DNA of 64,000 nucleotides, from NCBI GenBank assembly GCA_965207455.1, contig CBDBMJ010000001.1:1760001-1824000 (forward strand). Direction: 5' to 3'. How positions within the stretch are numbered: the stretch's first letter is position 1; each line of letters begins with the position of its first letter. A program made the translations under genes and the position numbers. The notes under the pieces are model-generated. The model did not search any database. It saw only the letters and a program-made list of their open reading frames with translations, and was not told the origin of the DNA. Positions 20,648-30,877 of the stretch are shown here, one piece after another. Source of the DNA: Bdellovibrionota bacterium. GTDB lineage: Bacteria; Bdellovibrionota; UBA1018; CAIPTA01; JAALKR01.

Positions 20648-21442
20648 TTAAGGTGTACTTTTTTCTTGCAATAATAAATAAAATCTCTGCAAAAAATCTT
20701 CCTTTGAAATACCATTTCGTTTTATTTGAATTGCATATTTAAAAGTAGTGCAGGGTCCGGTAAGATCATTTTGATTAAGTCTTTCTCCACTTTTAAATAA
20801 TTTATTAAATAAATCACCTTCCAGTTGACGCAAATCCATCAAATGGTCTATGTGGTCTAAGCCAATTAAAAAAATGCAAAGTGCGATCTTATATAACTCA
20901 TTACTAAGTGCTCTAAGCATATGTGATCCCATATTCATACTGTTTAATTTTTCAGATGTCAAATCTCCTTCTAAAAAACAGAGTTTATCGTTTTTTATAT
21001 TTAATTCAACGACGGAATTGGTCATGCTTCTATTCATATATGCCTGTAAGTATTTTTCTAAGGCATAGAAATTGCCATGAATAATTAAATTGCGCAACTC
21101 CTGAAAAATTTGAATCTGTCCGTTAAAGTGCGGGTGTTCTTCTTCAAAGTTTCTTTTAAGATTGTCAAGTTTTTTATATCGCACTATTATTTTTCCCTCA
21201 TGGTCCTTGTAATCAAAAGATTTAATTTTAACTAAACCACAAAGATTTCTAAATCGAAATTCCCAGATTGCCGCTATTTTAACTAAGTCATAAAAGCATT
21301 TCTGCTGATCTCCATGTGAACTCATATTTATGGTAGTTATCTCGATGGATTTTAATATACCGGAAAGATTTTTTAGTATTTCATTTATTTTTTCAGGAGA
21401 TTTGAGGTTTTCTGGCTTCAGTGCATACATTATTTTTTCCAT
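20648..21442 (-). CDS. Hypothetical protein with HEPN-like RxxxxH motif
   Basis: ELRNLIIHGN. Confidence 0.55.
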   Translation of the reverse strand: MEKIMYALKPENLKSPEKINEILKNLSGILKSIEITTINMSSHGDQQKCFYDLVKIAAIWEFRFRNLCGLVKIKSFDYKDHEGKIIVRYKKLDNLKRNFEEEHPHFNGQIQIFQELRNLIIHGNFYALEKYLQAYMNRSMTNSVVELNIKNDKLCFLEGDLTSEKLNSMNMGSHMLRALSNELYKIALCIFLIGLDHIDHLMDLRQLEGDLFNKLFKSGERLNQNDLTGPCTTFKYAIQIKRNGISKEDFLQRFYLLLQEKSTP

Positions 21443-21515
21443 ATGAAAAATCCAACTAAATATTTATCTTGCGGACTAATTTTTTGTTTTGTTAAATATT
21501 AAATACTTTCTGCAT

Positions 21516-22523
21516 TTATTTGTCGCCTAAAGTATTGTCTCTTAACTTTCTTGCCAAAGCCACGCTTGGCAAAATAGAAGTTACCGACTCTTGATTTTTA
21601 AGGTAACCAGACGGTGGCAATGAAAAGATAGTATAGCTTGCTTGTTGCAAAATAACATCTTTTACATCTTCATTATCTGCAGCATCAACAAATGTTTTAA
21701 AAGTTGAAAGTGCTTTTGATTTATCTCCATTTGTAACAGCTAAGTGTTGATTTGAGTTATATTGTTTTACAAAGAAATATAAAACGTAAACTAGAAGAAA
21801 AAAACAAGCTGTTATGCCAATTTCAATATACCCAAGACTAGGTATTATTCCCGAATAATCTGTTGATAAATGATATGTGCAAGCAATGGTATAAGCAAGC
21901 AATACAGAAAAAGTACCAATAGAAAAATTCAGCCATTTTTTAGCTAGCGCCGCATGTTTTTTTTCAGCATTGCTGTAATAGATTGAGTTTTGAGAAACGC
22001 CTGCCTCAGCAGCAATAGTTCTCATTGAATCAATTATTTTATTAGATTCCGTTTTATTTTTTTCTAGCTGTTTTTGGAATTCTTTAGCATTATCTTGGAT
22101 TTCTTTTATTAGTTTATCTGAATATTTTTTAGCCTCCTTAAGATCAGTCCCTAGTTTAGTAGAGAACGATATAATTGGTGCAAGCTCATTAAAACAATGA
22201 CTGTATTGACTCCGGATCTTTGAAACAATAGCATTTTTTTCGTTTTGAATGTCTGCTGTAGATTCTATGTCAATTTTCAAAGCACGATCAATATAATCTT
22301 TAAAAAAAACAGCCCAACTTGAAATTGTATTCAAATTTTCTGAAGGAATTCTATTAAGATTACATTTCTGAATATCTTCAAAAATTTCAAACATCAACTC
22401 AAAATCTTTTTTTTCTTCTTCATTTCTTCCAAAGCTCAATTTTCCAAGCCTATCATTTTCGTAAAGTTCCTCTCTATTTATATTAAGAATTTCTTTTATT
22501 TGTGATTCTATCGCTGTTTTCAT
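21516..22523 (-). CDS. Coiled-coil protein with two C-terminal TM helices
   Basis: Heptad-rich N-terminus, two hydrophobic segments, K.KAL.TF..F...F.....GY tail. Confidence 0.7.
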   Translation of the reverse strand: MKTAIESQIKEILNINREELYENDRLGKLSFGRNEEEKKDFELMFEIFEDIQKCNLNRIPSENLNTISSWAVFFKDYIDRALKIDIESTADIQNEKNAIVSKIRSQYSHCFNELAPIISFSTKLGTDLKEAKKYSDKLIKEIQDNAKEFQKQLEKNKTESNKIIDSMRTIAAEAGVSQNSIYYSNAEKKHAALAKKWLNFSIGTFSVLLAYTIACTYHLSTDYSGIIPSLGYIEIGITACFFLLVYVLYFFVKQYNSNQHLAVTNGDKSKALSTFKTFVDAADNEDVKDVILQQASYTIFSLPPSGYLKNQESVTSILPSVALARKLRDNTLGDK

Positions 22524-23029
22524 AATTATAAGAATACCTTTCTTGTAGATTAAAATTTTTCAGAAATTAATAAATATCTTTCTATCCAAATATTTTTATT
22601 TACTGAACGTTTGGTTTCATTAATGCTCGTTGTATCCATAGTATCGCCAATCAGCTCAACACAATGAGGGGTGAGAGTACTACCTTATATCACTGAACAG
22701 GAAGTAATGCAAAAAAATTATAGCCCCTACAAAAACTTACTCTCCCAATCTTAAGACGATTTTTCTGCCTTAAATATATTTCATTTTCTAAGTGGGAAGG
22801 AAATGAGCCTCTGCGAAAGAGCGGAGCGCACGAATGTGCAGTATGAAAACTAGAGCTAACATCGCACTAGCGCCATATATGAAACTCTGAGTGGTGCTGT
22901 AACTTTATTTCATACCTTTAAAACAGCGCCAAGACCAATCCCGGCCTCCAGCCCCGCCTCCTTTACGCAGCAATCCCAGCGGCAGCATTAGCAGCCTCAG
23001 CATCACCAATCCCGTCCCGGTCTCCAGCC

Positions 23030-23345
23030 CCTCGCTCCCTTTGCGCAGCGACTCTATCGGTATAACTACACAGGGAAAATGTCGGCACAGGTGCGTCAGA
23101 AGAGGTGTGTTTGATTTCTAGTAAAGTGGGGGTTTTCAGGGCAGTGTGTACAGTTATTTTCTATCTCTGGGGAAGGCTATGTTCTGCCTCTAGCGGTCTC
23201 TTTTCTTTTTTGAGGGTTACGGGGGGTGTGGGTATCTTTTTAAGGTGGGGGGGTGTGTTTACGTTAGGAGATACAGCACGGCTGGTCTCTCTTGCAGTTG
23301 GGTTACATTGTTTTATTGATTGGGTTTGGGGCAGGGGTTTTTCTT
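23030..23345. repeat. Intergenic block, copy 1 (copy 2 at 35765-36070)
   Basis: gggaaaatgtcggcacag..cgtcaga..ttctagtaaag..ctctagcggtc..tttttgaggg shared. Confidence 0.85.
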
Positions 23346-23379
23346 TAGGTGGATGGAGTTCTAGTTCTCATGAGGCTCT

Positions 23380-23745
23380 CCGGGTCATTTCTTATTTGGT
23401 TCCTGAGGATCGTTCCGACAGAGTTCAAGGAACACATCTCCGCTTCTTTCCTATAAACGTACAGGGTCTGTTTTCGTTCCCCTCTCCGACGAGGACTGTT
23501 TTATAGCTTCTTAAGATTTCCTAGGTGAGTTTTCACACAGGTAAGGTACTTTGTTCTATTGTTTTTTTACTTCATAAAATTTTCATTCCTCTTACCGACC
23601 CTTTCAGATCATTTCTTGTTTGGCTCCTGAGAATCATTCCGACACTTCCCAAGAACACACCTCCGCTTCTTTCCTGATTAGGAGTTAAGCGTTTAGCGTA
23701 CGAGGTTTGTTTTGGTCCCTTCGACGACGACGACTGTTTTTACGA
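23380..23745. repeat. Composite boundary repeat (two B-type cores)
   Basis: Two cores with linker; abuts the stop of 23747-23971. Confidence 0.9.
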
Positions 23746-23746
23746 C

Positions 23747-23971
23747 TTAGTATTCAAATTTATAAACATACCATATCTCGTTTTCATCCCCACCACCACC
23801 AGCAGCAGAAATACATCCATGCTGTTGAGCAAGGACATTCTCTGCTGCTTGAGCGACGACTTTTGATTCAAAGTAGCCTAGGATGGTCCAATTTTTAAGG
23901 TTTGGGTACTGTTTTTCCCAGTATTCTTTGCGACCTTCAGGATCAGTTGTCATGCCTACTTTACAAGCCAA
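23747..23971 (-). CDS. Small 74-aa protein, paralog of 53667-53891 (GIY-YIG-like VGMTTDP..R)
   Basis: Closely similar to the copy next to the sulfatase; TTG start. Confidence 0.65.
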   Translation of the reverse strand: MACKVGMTTDPEGRKEYWEKQYPNLKNWTILGYFESKVVAQAAENVLAQQHGCISAAGGGGDENEIWYVYKFEY

Positions 23972-24050
23972 GTTCAGTCATTTCCCTTCTACTTAGATGA
24001 TAGGGCGTAGCTTAAATTTGTCAAGGATGTCAGCTTTCTCGCTCCGACCT

Positions 24051-24192
24051 TTCACAAAGACAAAGTTACTTCTTCTCACTGATAGCCCTAAGGGCGCTTG
24101 TTTGTTCTTGTTTGGGTCCTGAGAATCCTTCCGACATACCTCAAGGAACACACCGACGATTCATAACCTTACTTATTGGATTCCCGCTGTAA
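24051..24192. repeat. Sulfatase 3'-end copy followed by type A repeat
   Basis: ttcacaaagacaaagttacttcttctcactgatagccc then caaggaacacaccgacgattcataaccttacttattggattcccgctgtaa. Confidence 0.9.
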
Positions 24193-24306
24193 CCTTCCTT
24201 TTATTTTATTGATGGAAACAGGTAAATCCACTAATATAAAATCAGAATATGAAGAAATCGAATTTTTTAACTAAAGGATTAAATACTTTTTGTCGACAGG
24301 CATAAC

Positions 24307-25014
24307 ATGAGTTCAGATAACACTGGGAAAGAGAAGATTAAACTCAAGGCGGAATGCTTTTTTTCTTCTCCCATCCATTCCTTCATAGAAAAATTCATTT
24401 TTTGCCGTTGGCAATACTTTAAAAATAATGGTCGGTCGAATTTTTTAATTTTCCGTGCATTTTTTTCTTTTTTATCCATTTTATTACTTTCATTTCTTCT
24501 CCTTTATATTCCCTACTATTTTTTTTCTCAATGCCCTAAGCTCTCGTGCGAAAGGACGGGAAGTATTACTTTTAAAGAAATTTTTATTTTTTTATTGAGC
24601 GGCTTCTCCTTAATTTATTGGAATATGGGAAACCTTGTTCATAAGAAATGGGAATACTGTGCCAATTTATATAATAAAACTCTTGAATCGAGATGCAGAG
24701 AATCTCGAGCAATGCCGTTAAATGCACTCGCCATAGACATATTGACTCTCGATCTTTGGGCAACTCGTTCATTTAAAGCATTATTCTACGATGAGTTGAC
24801 GTTATCAATAGAATGTTTGTATGGGAAGTCAGACCCTAGCTATGGAAAAGAGATTAGACGTAAAGCTAAAATGGGAGAACTTTCAGAAGAAGATGCTCTT
24901 GTGCTTTTAGAAAGAAGACAGAATAAACTTTTAAATGAAAGGTTTCCTAGAAAAACCCCTTCCAAGGATTCCTCATCCTCCAAAGCTGATAGCGAATCAA
25001 AAAAAACCTCTTAA
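24307..25014 (+). CDS. Hypothetical membrane protein (2 TM)
   Basis: Two hydrophobic segments. Confidence 0.65.
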   Translation: MSSDNTGKEKIKLKAECFFSSPIHSFIEKFIFCRWQYFKNNGRSNFLIFRAFFSFLSILLLSFLLLYIPYYFFSQCPKLSCERTGSITFKEIFIFLLSGFSLIYWNMGNLVHKKWEYCANLYNKTLESRCRESRAMPLNALAIDILTLDLWATRSFKALFYDELTLSIECLYGKSDPSYGKEIRRKAKMGELSEEDALVLLERRQNKLLNERFPRKTPSKDSSSSKADSESKKTS

Positions 25015-25060
25015 AGATAGAGATTGAGGCTCTCCATTCATCCGCTTCCCAGAAGAAAAC

Positions 25061-28000
25061 TTAATTTTGACTAAACTGGTATTTAGAGTCTCTATTATCA
25101 AACGCCGGTCTAGTTCCTTCAAGAATGTTTATTATTTTTTCATTAATTTCAGGATTCTCGATTGATCCAGAGTCATACTTAACTGCATTTCCATTGGTTT
25201 TATCTATGGAGGCAACGATAACTTGTTCCGCATCACACACGACCGCTAAGTTTGGGTTATGTGTGACGAGAAGGATCTGACGATTCTTTTTAGCATGCTT
25301 AATGCATGGGACTAGAACCTTATAAATCGTCTGATTGTCTAAATTTTCTTCCGGCTGATCGATTACAAGAGGACGGTCATCTTTATCTATCATAAAATAA
25401 AAAATAAAAAGTAAAGTTCCGCGTTCACCTGGGGAAAGTTGATCCAAGGATTTATTATTTAATTTAAGAGAATAACGTGGAGACAAGTAATCCAAAGAAA
25501 AAATAAATTTGTATATTTCAAAAACTTTTGAATCTTTTACTTGAGAAAAAACTGATACGGGTTGCTTTCTTTCATCTCTACAATCAGATTTCAAACTTGT
25601 TAGAATTTTTCTCGTAAATTCTCCCACATCATCAGCATCATTAAAGTTATATTGGTCAAATATTTTAGCTATTTGCCCTTCACTTTCCTCTACGCCAAAA
25701 AAAGTTCCGGCACGCCCTCTATTTATATATTTAAAGAATCTCTCTTTAAAGGCAACGTTAGTGATAGAAACATCAAATACTATATTGAATTCTTCATCAC
25801 CAAAGGGATTATTTCTAATGAAATCTTGAACGGGCATATAGAACTCGATATAAATATCTGCAAGTCCCTTTATTTTAGAAAATATATTTTTAACTAATGA
25901 ATCTCGCTGCTCTTCTAGATTCTTGTTTTTTTCTGGAATATTTCTAATTTCTGTAAGACCGAATTCCAGATAAGAAATGCTTCCCACTTTCTTTTCATCA
26001 CCCATAATTGCAGAATGAATACCATTCCAAGATTCAATTTCTTCTAAATATTTCTGATACTTTTTGTTAGGTTCATCAATAGACTCAGAAATTTCTTCAA
26101 TTCTCAATCGAATCTTATGTCTTACTCCCATTAACCCATTTTTGTTTTCAGGATTTAGCTCTATTTGTATTTTTTCTATAGATTCATCTATAGCGGACAA
26201 AGCATCTTCGATTGGCTTTTTATCTAAATAAAATGAAAAAATATCATTAATATTTAATCCTAAATCGAAAACAGCCTGCTTAATTTTAGAAATAGATTGC
26301 TTATATTTACTTTCTATCAAATCTGATTGCGAAATAACTTTCTCAGCAAGAGCTTTGCGTTTCTGTGCATCCTCCAACCCCCTGCCTTGTCGCGCCATTT
26401 CTGCTGACAAACTCTGTTCTTCCACTTGTTTTTGATTTAATTCTACAACTAAGCTCGAGGAAGATTCGGTAGGATCCGGTCTCAAGCACTCTGAAGGTTT
26501 ATTTTTTAAATGCGCATTTAACTCATCTTTCTTGGAAGAAAGTTGATTTATTACTCCTCGTTTGTATTCATCAGTTAGTTTTTCTTCATTTGACAGTATT
26601 TCCTCCAAGACAGGGGCAAGTCTCCCCCTCAGCAGCTCTACTTCTTCATTTATTTCTTCCGTTTTGTAAGAAATCAACTCATCAAGAGTCCTATATCCAA
26701 GCCTCTTATCTTCATCTATATGTGAAAAAATTACTGTTTTGAGTTCTTTGTCAAATAATTTTTTCTCTGAATTTACTTCGTTACATAGCTGCTCTAAATA
26801 ATTTTGTGGAATATATTTGATTGTTTCAACGGATGACGGATCTACTGATTCTGACAAGAATTTACTCGAGGTATCTGCACTAACCCAATGAAGGTTTGCA
26901 TAAAATTTATTTGCTCTCAATCCCTGTTTTTCTCTAAATTTTTTTTCATTTAAAAATGAAAAAGCCGCTTCCAATCTTGTATTTCCTAGGAGACCAACAA
27001 TATCAACAAATGCACTTTTTCCTGAACCTTTATTACCGATAATAGCAATGAGCTCGGAGTTTAGTTCAATTGTGTTATCAAACCAAGATTCATCAATCTG
27101 TTCATCTTTTTTTCTCTTTATTTCAATTTTTGAAATAAACTTTGTTGCTTTGGATGAAATCATTTTGAGTTTACTTGGAGTTTCACCAATATAAGTTCGC
27201 CCTTCAGGCTCAAACAGGGTTTGCTTAAGACCAAGAAAGCAGGGGTCAGCTTTGATCCAAGTAGCTTTTCCCGAAGGGTAAATACCGTAGTCAGAAATTT
27301 TATGCGCATCAGACCCACTAACCACTGGTTTAGGATGACCGCCAATATTCTTTAAAAATTGATCAATAAAAGAATTATTTTCGGTAGTACGCTTCCCTAA
27401 AAAGAGGTTAATATTATTCTTATTACGTGCTTCAAAAATATCTGCTTTCTTCAAAAAATAGTAATCCTCATTTGGATGGATTTCCCAATTTAATTTAGAA
27501 ATACCATTAGATGTGTCATAGGGTAAAATAATTAAACATTTTTCTTTTGTTAGATCTTGGACGGAATCAAATAAGGATTGATAAGTGATTTTAATAGTTT
27601 TAATTCCAAGTTCAAACGCTGCTTTATCACAATTTTTATAATCCATTGTACCGATAACTGCTTTTGCTTTATCTTCTGGAAGCGCTTTTCCTGCTGCAAT
27701 AATTGCTTCATCTGAAAGAGGACGATCTAAACCACCAATAATTAGCTTTGATTTAAAATCAGATAACTCCTGATCTGTAACCTGTTCTGAAAATATTACA
27801 TGTATGTTCAATCGAAATTTGACAGGTGCCTCAACGCGAAGCTCTATTCCCGGAAGTAATGTTTTGCTCAAGGTCGCATCACTTTCTTTTACAAATTTTC
27901 GAATATTTAGAACTCCATCAAATGTGAAATAATCCATAATAGAAAATACTGCTATATCACTTGAATTAATTTTATCAACGATCTTCCATGCAGATTTATT

Positions 28001-28117
28001 TTGTTCAGCAGGGCTCATTTGCTTGAAATTTTTACCGTCATTCCATTCAAATGAAGCTGGGGTATGAATATGTAAATCCCATTTCCTCCATACTGATCCT
28101 TTATCTAAATTACTCAT
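25061..28117 (-). CDS. PHP phosphoesterase-ABC/SMC ATPase fusion (TrlF/Ppl-like defence protein)
   Basis: WRKWDLHIHTP, GSDAH, TWIKADP.F.GL; GNKGSGKS; LSPGERG; IDQPEENLD; VTHNPNL. Confidence 0.9.
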   Translation of the reverse strand: MSNLDKGSVWRKWDLHIHTPASFEWNDGKNFKQMSPAEQNKSAWKIVDKINSSDIAVFSIMDYFTFDGVLNIRKFVKESDATLSKTLLPGIELRVEAPVKFRLNIHVIFSEQVTDQELSDFKSKLIIGGLDRPLSDEAIIAAGKALPEDKAKAVIGTMDYKNCDKAAFELGIKTIKITYQSLFDSVQDLTKEKCLIILPYDTSNGISKLNWEIHPNEDYYFLKKADIFEARNKNNINLFLGKRTTENNSFIDQFLKNIGGHPKPVVSGSDAHKISDYGIYPSGKATWIKADPCFLGLKQTLFEPEGRTYIGETPSKLKMISSKATKFISKIEIKRKKDEQIDESWFDNTIELNSELIAIIGNKGSGKSAFVDIVGLLGNTRLEAAFSFLNEKKFREKQGLRANKFYANLHWVSADTSSKFLSESVDPSSVETIKYIPQNYLEQLCNEVNSEKKLFDKELKTVIFSHIDEDKRLGYRTLDELISYKTEEINEEVELLRGRLAPVLEEILSNEEKLTDEYKRGVINQLSSKKDELNAHLKNKPSECLRPDPTESSSSLVVELNQKQVEEQSLSAEMARQGRGLEDAQKRKALAEKVISQSDLIESKYKQSISKIKQAVFDLGLNINDIFSFYLDKKPIEDALSAIDESIEKIQIELNPENKNGLMGVRHKIRLRIEEISESIDEPNKKYQKYLEEIESWNGIHSAIMGDEKKVGSISYLEFGLTEIRNIPEKNKNLEEQRDSLVKNIFSKIKGLADIYIEFYMPVQDFIRNNPFGDEEFNIVFDVSITNVAFKERFFKYINRGRAGTFFGVEESEGQIAKIFDQYNFNDADDVGEFTRKILTSLKSDCRDERKQPVSVFSQVKDSKVFEIYKFIFSLDYLSPRYSLKLNNKSLDQLSPGERGTLLFIFYFMIDKDDRPLVIDQPEENLDNQTIYKVLVPCIKHAKKNRQILLVTHNPNLAVVCDAEQVIVASIDKTNGNAVKYDSGSIENPEINEKIINILEGTRPAFDNRDSKYQFSQN

Positions 28118-28620
28118 ATTTGGTAAAATCACCACACAAACCAGCCCCTCAAGTCAACAGAGCGCAGGATAGTGCTATAGAGTTTTGCGGATGGGATGTA
28201 TATGCTGTTGGTTACGAGATTGAAGTGTTTTTGTGAGTAGTAGTCTTTTTCAGTGGTTTGGAGTTTGCTAGAAGCTGTTAGGGGGCTTAGGAACAGTGGT
28301 GTAACGCTGGTGGTGACTATTGATTTTTTATTTTTCATGGTTCCCCTCTCTATTGCCAGCATCACTCCTTATTAACGCACCAAATCTTAAAAGTAAAGAG
28401 ATCCTTGCGGAGGCATGTATTGCGCCCCCTCCGATCAGAAAAATCCTTTGATTTCAGGTATATGTGTTCTCATAAAGGAAAGCAAGCTTGTTGAGGCTCC
28501 CTGTCCGCTTACGCTAGAGAGAGCATTTCCTTTTTTTTGCGACGGAATAGAAGGAGAAAAGCCGTAAGATTATTTAACCTCTCCATCTCTGGATTGTTTA
28601 GCCACTCTCCTCTTGCGCTC

Positions 28621-28692
28621 GGAGGATCATGGCGACAGACTTCAGGAACACATCGACGATTCAGAACCTTACTTATTGGATTCCCAATGTAA
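28621..28692. repeat. Boundary repeat (type A, diverged)
   Basis: gatcatggcgacagacttcaggaacacatcgacgattcagaaccttacttattggattccc. Confidence 0.85.
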
Positions 28693-28719
28693 TTCTCCCT
28701 CCATAAAGAAAAGAAGTAA

Positions 28720-29370
28720 TTAGTCTGGGAACATTTCTTCTATGGAAAGTTTAGGCCGTACACTCAAAGCCCAAAACACACCATAAACTTTTGTTGAAGG
28801 ACATTTCTCATTTACAAGCTTTTGAAATGCATCGAAATGAGAACCATCCGTTAGCACATCATCAATAACAATAATTTCTCTGGGAACTCCATTAGTAAAT
28901 CCGTTCCACTTATAATTTCTATAGAGATCCGCAGGCTCTCTAGAACCACCTTCGCTTGAAGCAGAATCTACACTTTCTTTATTTGAGATAGGCACTTCAA
29001 TAATGACATTAGAATTTATTCTTCTTAGCTCCCTTAATACATCATTAAGCCTAGAGTCATATTTAGGATGTCCCGGTATTTTAGATGTAGGAATTACTGC
29101 AACTGCGATTCTCCTTGAGAGTAAGCCTGAAAGTTCTTTTGCAAATTTTTGTATTGCTTCAATTTTATATTTCCATTCTGGTGTGTTTATTTTTGATGGA
29201 ACTTTTTTAAAATTCAATATCAATGAATTTGTTCGTGAAGCTTGGTACCCACCTCCCGGGATATATTCTCTAGCAACATAGCAGATATCTTCTTTTTTTA
29301 AATGACTGGGAAATCTCTGAAATTTATCAATTCTTCTCCAACGGGCCGGCTCTTCATCTCTTGAGGACAC
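28720..29370 (-). CDS. Phosphoribosyltransferase-like protein (ShosT-like partner of DprA)
   Basis: IPTSK, IIVIDDVLTDGSHF PRPP-binding-like motif. Confidence 0.75.
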   Translation of the reverse strand: MSSRDEEPARWRRIDKFQRFPSHLKKEDICYVAREYIPGGGYQASRTNSLILNFKKVPSKINTPEWKYKIEAIQKFAKELSGLLSRRIAVAVIPTSKIPGHPKYDSRLNDVLRELRRINSNVIIEVPISNKESVDSASSEGGSREPADLYRNYKWNGFTNGVPREIIVIDDVLTDGSHFDAFQKLVNEKCPSTKVYGVFWALSVRPKLSIEEMFPD

Positions 29371-30241
29371 GAATCACATCCTCAATTTCTTCTACCCTTA
29401 TTGCGCCTTCTTTTTCATATTGTTTAGGCCAAGAAATTGATGATTTTTCAAAGCATGAATTTAAAATAAATAATTTTCTTCCCTGTTGCATGGCCGCGCG
29501 GGCTTGCGTTAGCGTGCCACTGGTATCAGAGGCTTCAATTATTACAGTGCCTTGAGATATTGCAGACATGGTTGCATTTCTTCTGGGAAAGTTATTCTTT
29601 CTGCTCTGAAATGGCTCATGATAATATCTATAAAATGGGACTTGGCTTATTAATAAATGTTCTCTTGATATTTTATCCTGCAAGTCTCTGTTCTCTTTTG
29701 GATAGTATTTATTAATGGGCGTTCCAATGACTCCAATGACTTTTCCATTTTCTTTAATGGCTGTTTCTAGGGCTACAGTATCCACTCCAGTTGCTAAACC
29801 AGATACAATGGTATATCTATTTTCTACCAGTAGTTTTGTTAATCGTCTTGTTCTTAATTTTCCTTCATTAGTACATTTTCTAGACCCAACGATGGAAATA
29901 CAATTATTTTCAAGCAAGGCGGCATCACCTTTGTAATAGAATAATTCAATTGGATGCTTGGCTTCTCTCAATTTTTTGGGATATTGATGATCGCCATTAA
30001 TAGAAACTGAAAAATCAACTTTAAGATTATCTAGATAATTAGTAACTATCGATTTCAGTTCTGAATCTATAAAGCCCATCTTGTCTCTTAGTATTTCAGA
30101 GGGCAGCGCAGTACCATTAAAAAGTTTTGAAAGTTTTCCATCTGTCATACCTTCTGTAGCCCAAAGGGTTTCAAAAGCAATCATTTCATCTCTTGGTGAA
30201 ATTACATTCTTGAAAATATTATCTGTCTCGCTTTTAATCAT
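29354..30241 (-). CDS. DprA/Smf (SLOG) protein (ShosA-like)
   Basis: IVGSR, IVSGLATGVD, YYPKEN, FPRRNATMS, EAS..SGTL.QA. Confidence 0.9.
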   Translation of the reverse strand: MIKSETDNIFKNVISPRDEMIAFETLWATEGMTDGKLSKLFNGTALPSEILRDKMGFIDSELKSIVTNYLDNLKVDFSVSINGDHQYPKKLREAKHPIELFYYKGDAALLENNCISIVGSRKCTNEGKLRTRRLTKLLVENRYTIVSGLATGVDTVALETAIKENGKVIGVIGTPINKYYPKENRDLQDKISREHLLISQVPFYRYYHEPFQSRKNNFPRRNATMSAISQGTVIIEASDTSGTLTQARAAMQQGRKLFILNSCFEKSSISWPKQYEKEGAIRVEEIEDVIRVLKR

Positions 30242-30713
30242 TATATTTTTTATAATTCTATTTATTAGATTTTGCCACCTTTATCAACGCATCTGACCTT
30301 AAAAGTAAAGAGTTAGCTCTGAATATCGAAAATGGGGCGCCCCAACATCAGAAAGCCACCTTAACTTCAGCCCGTCGCATCAATCTTGTTTTGTCGATTT
30401 TTCGCTCAAGAGGGAAGAGATGCACAAAAGGTTCTTGCTATCTTCAGTGGTTAGAGTGATTCGAGTTTCTATGAGGTTGATAGGTAGAGGGGTAAGGTTG
30501 TGGGAGGTTGTTTGAGGGCAGTTCAAGTACTTGTTACAGTTGCGTTTTCGTTTGTATGTTTTAGACCCCATCGAAATTTATAGAGTCCTTGTCGCTTACG
30601 CTAGGGGGAGCATTTAAATTTTCTTTGGCACGAAGTTCTCCGATTAATAGAGGCATCATTTGTATCTCGGACACTCACCGATATTTACATTTCCCTCAGC
30701 GCAATTGCTACAG

Positions 30714-30783
30714 AAGATCATAGCGACAACTTCAAGAAACACACCGACGATTCATAACCTTACTTATTGAATTACCGATGTAA
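30714..30783. repeat. Boundary repeat (type A, diverged)
   Basis: caagaaacacaccgacgattcataaccttacttattgaattaccgatgtaa. Confidence 0.85.
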
Positions 30784-30796
30784 CTTTCTCTCTTTT

Positions 30797-30877
30797 TTAA
30801 GGAGACTGTCTATTTTTTGGAAGAATATCATTCACTTCTTCTGTAAATTTCATCGATCGCTTTTCAGCATCAATACT
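30797..30877 (-). pseudogene. Remnant 3' end of the MazG-like gene
   Basis: Encodes SIDAEKRSMKFTEEVNDILPKNRQSP* vs SIDAEKRTMEFTKEVNDILPKNKQSL* at 6048-6127. Confidence 0.9.

Noticed and set aside
29354..30241. Competence dprA-comF locus
   Set aside because: Short DprA coupled to a PRTase lacking the ComF zinc finger, inside the defence array; it fits a ShosTA-like pair better.
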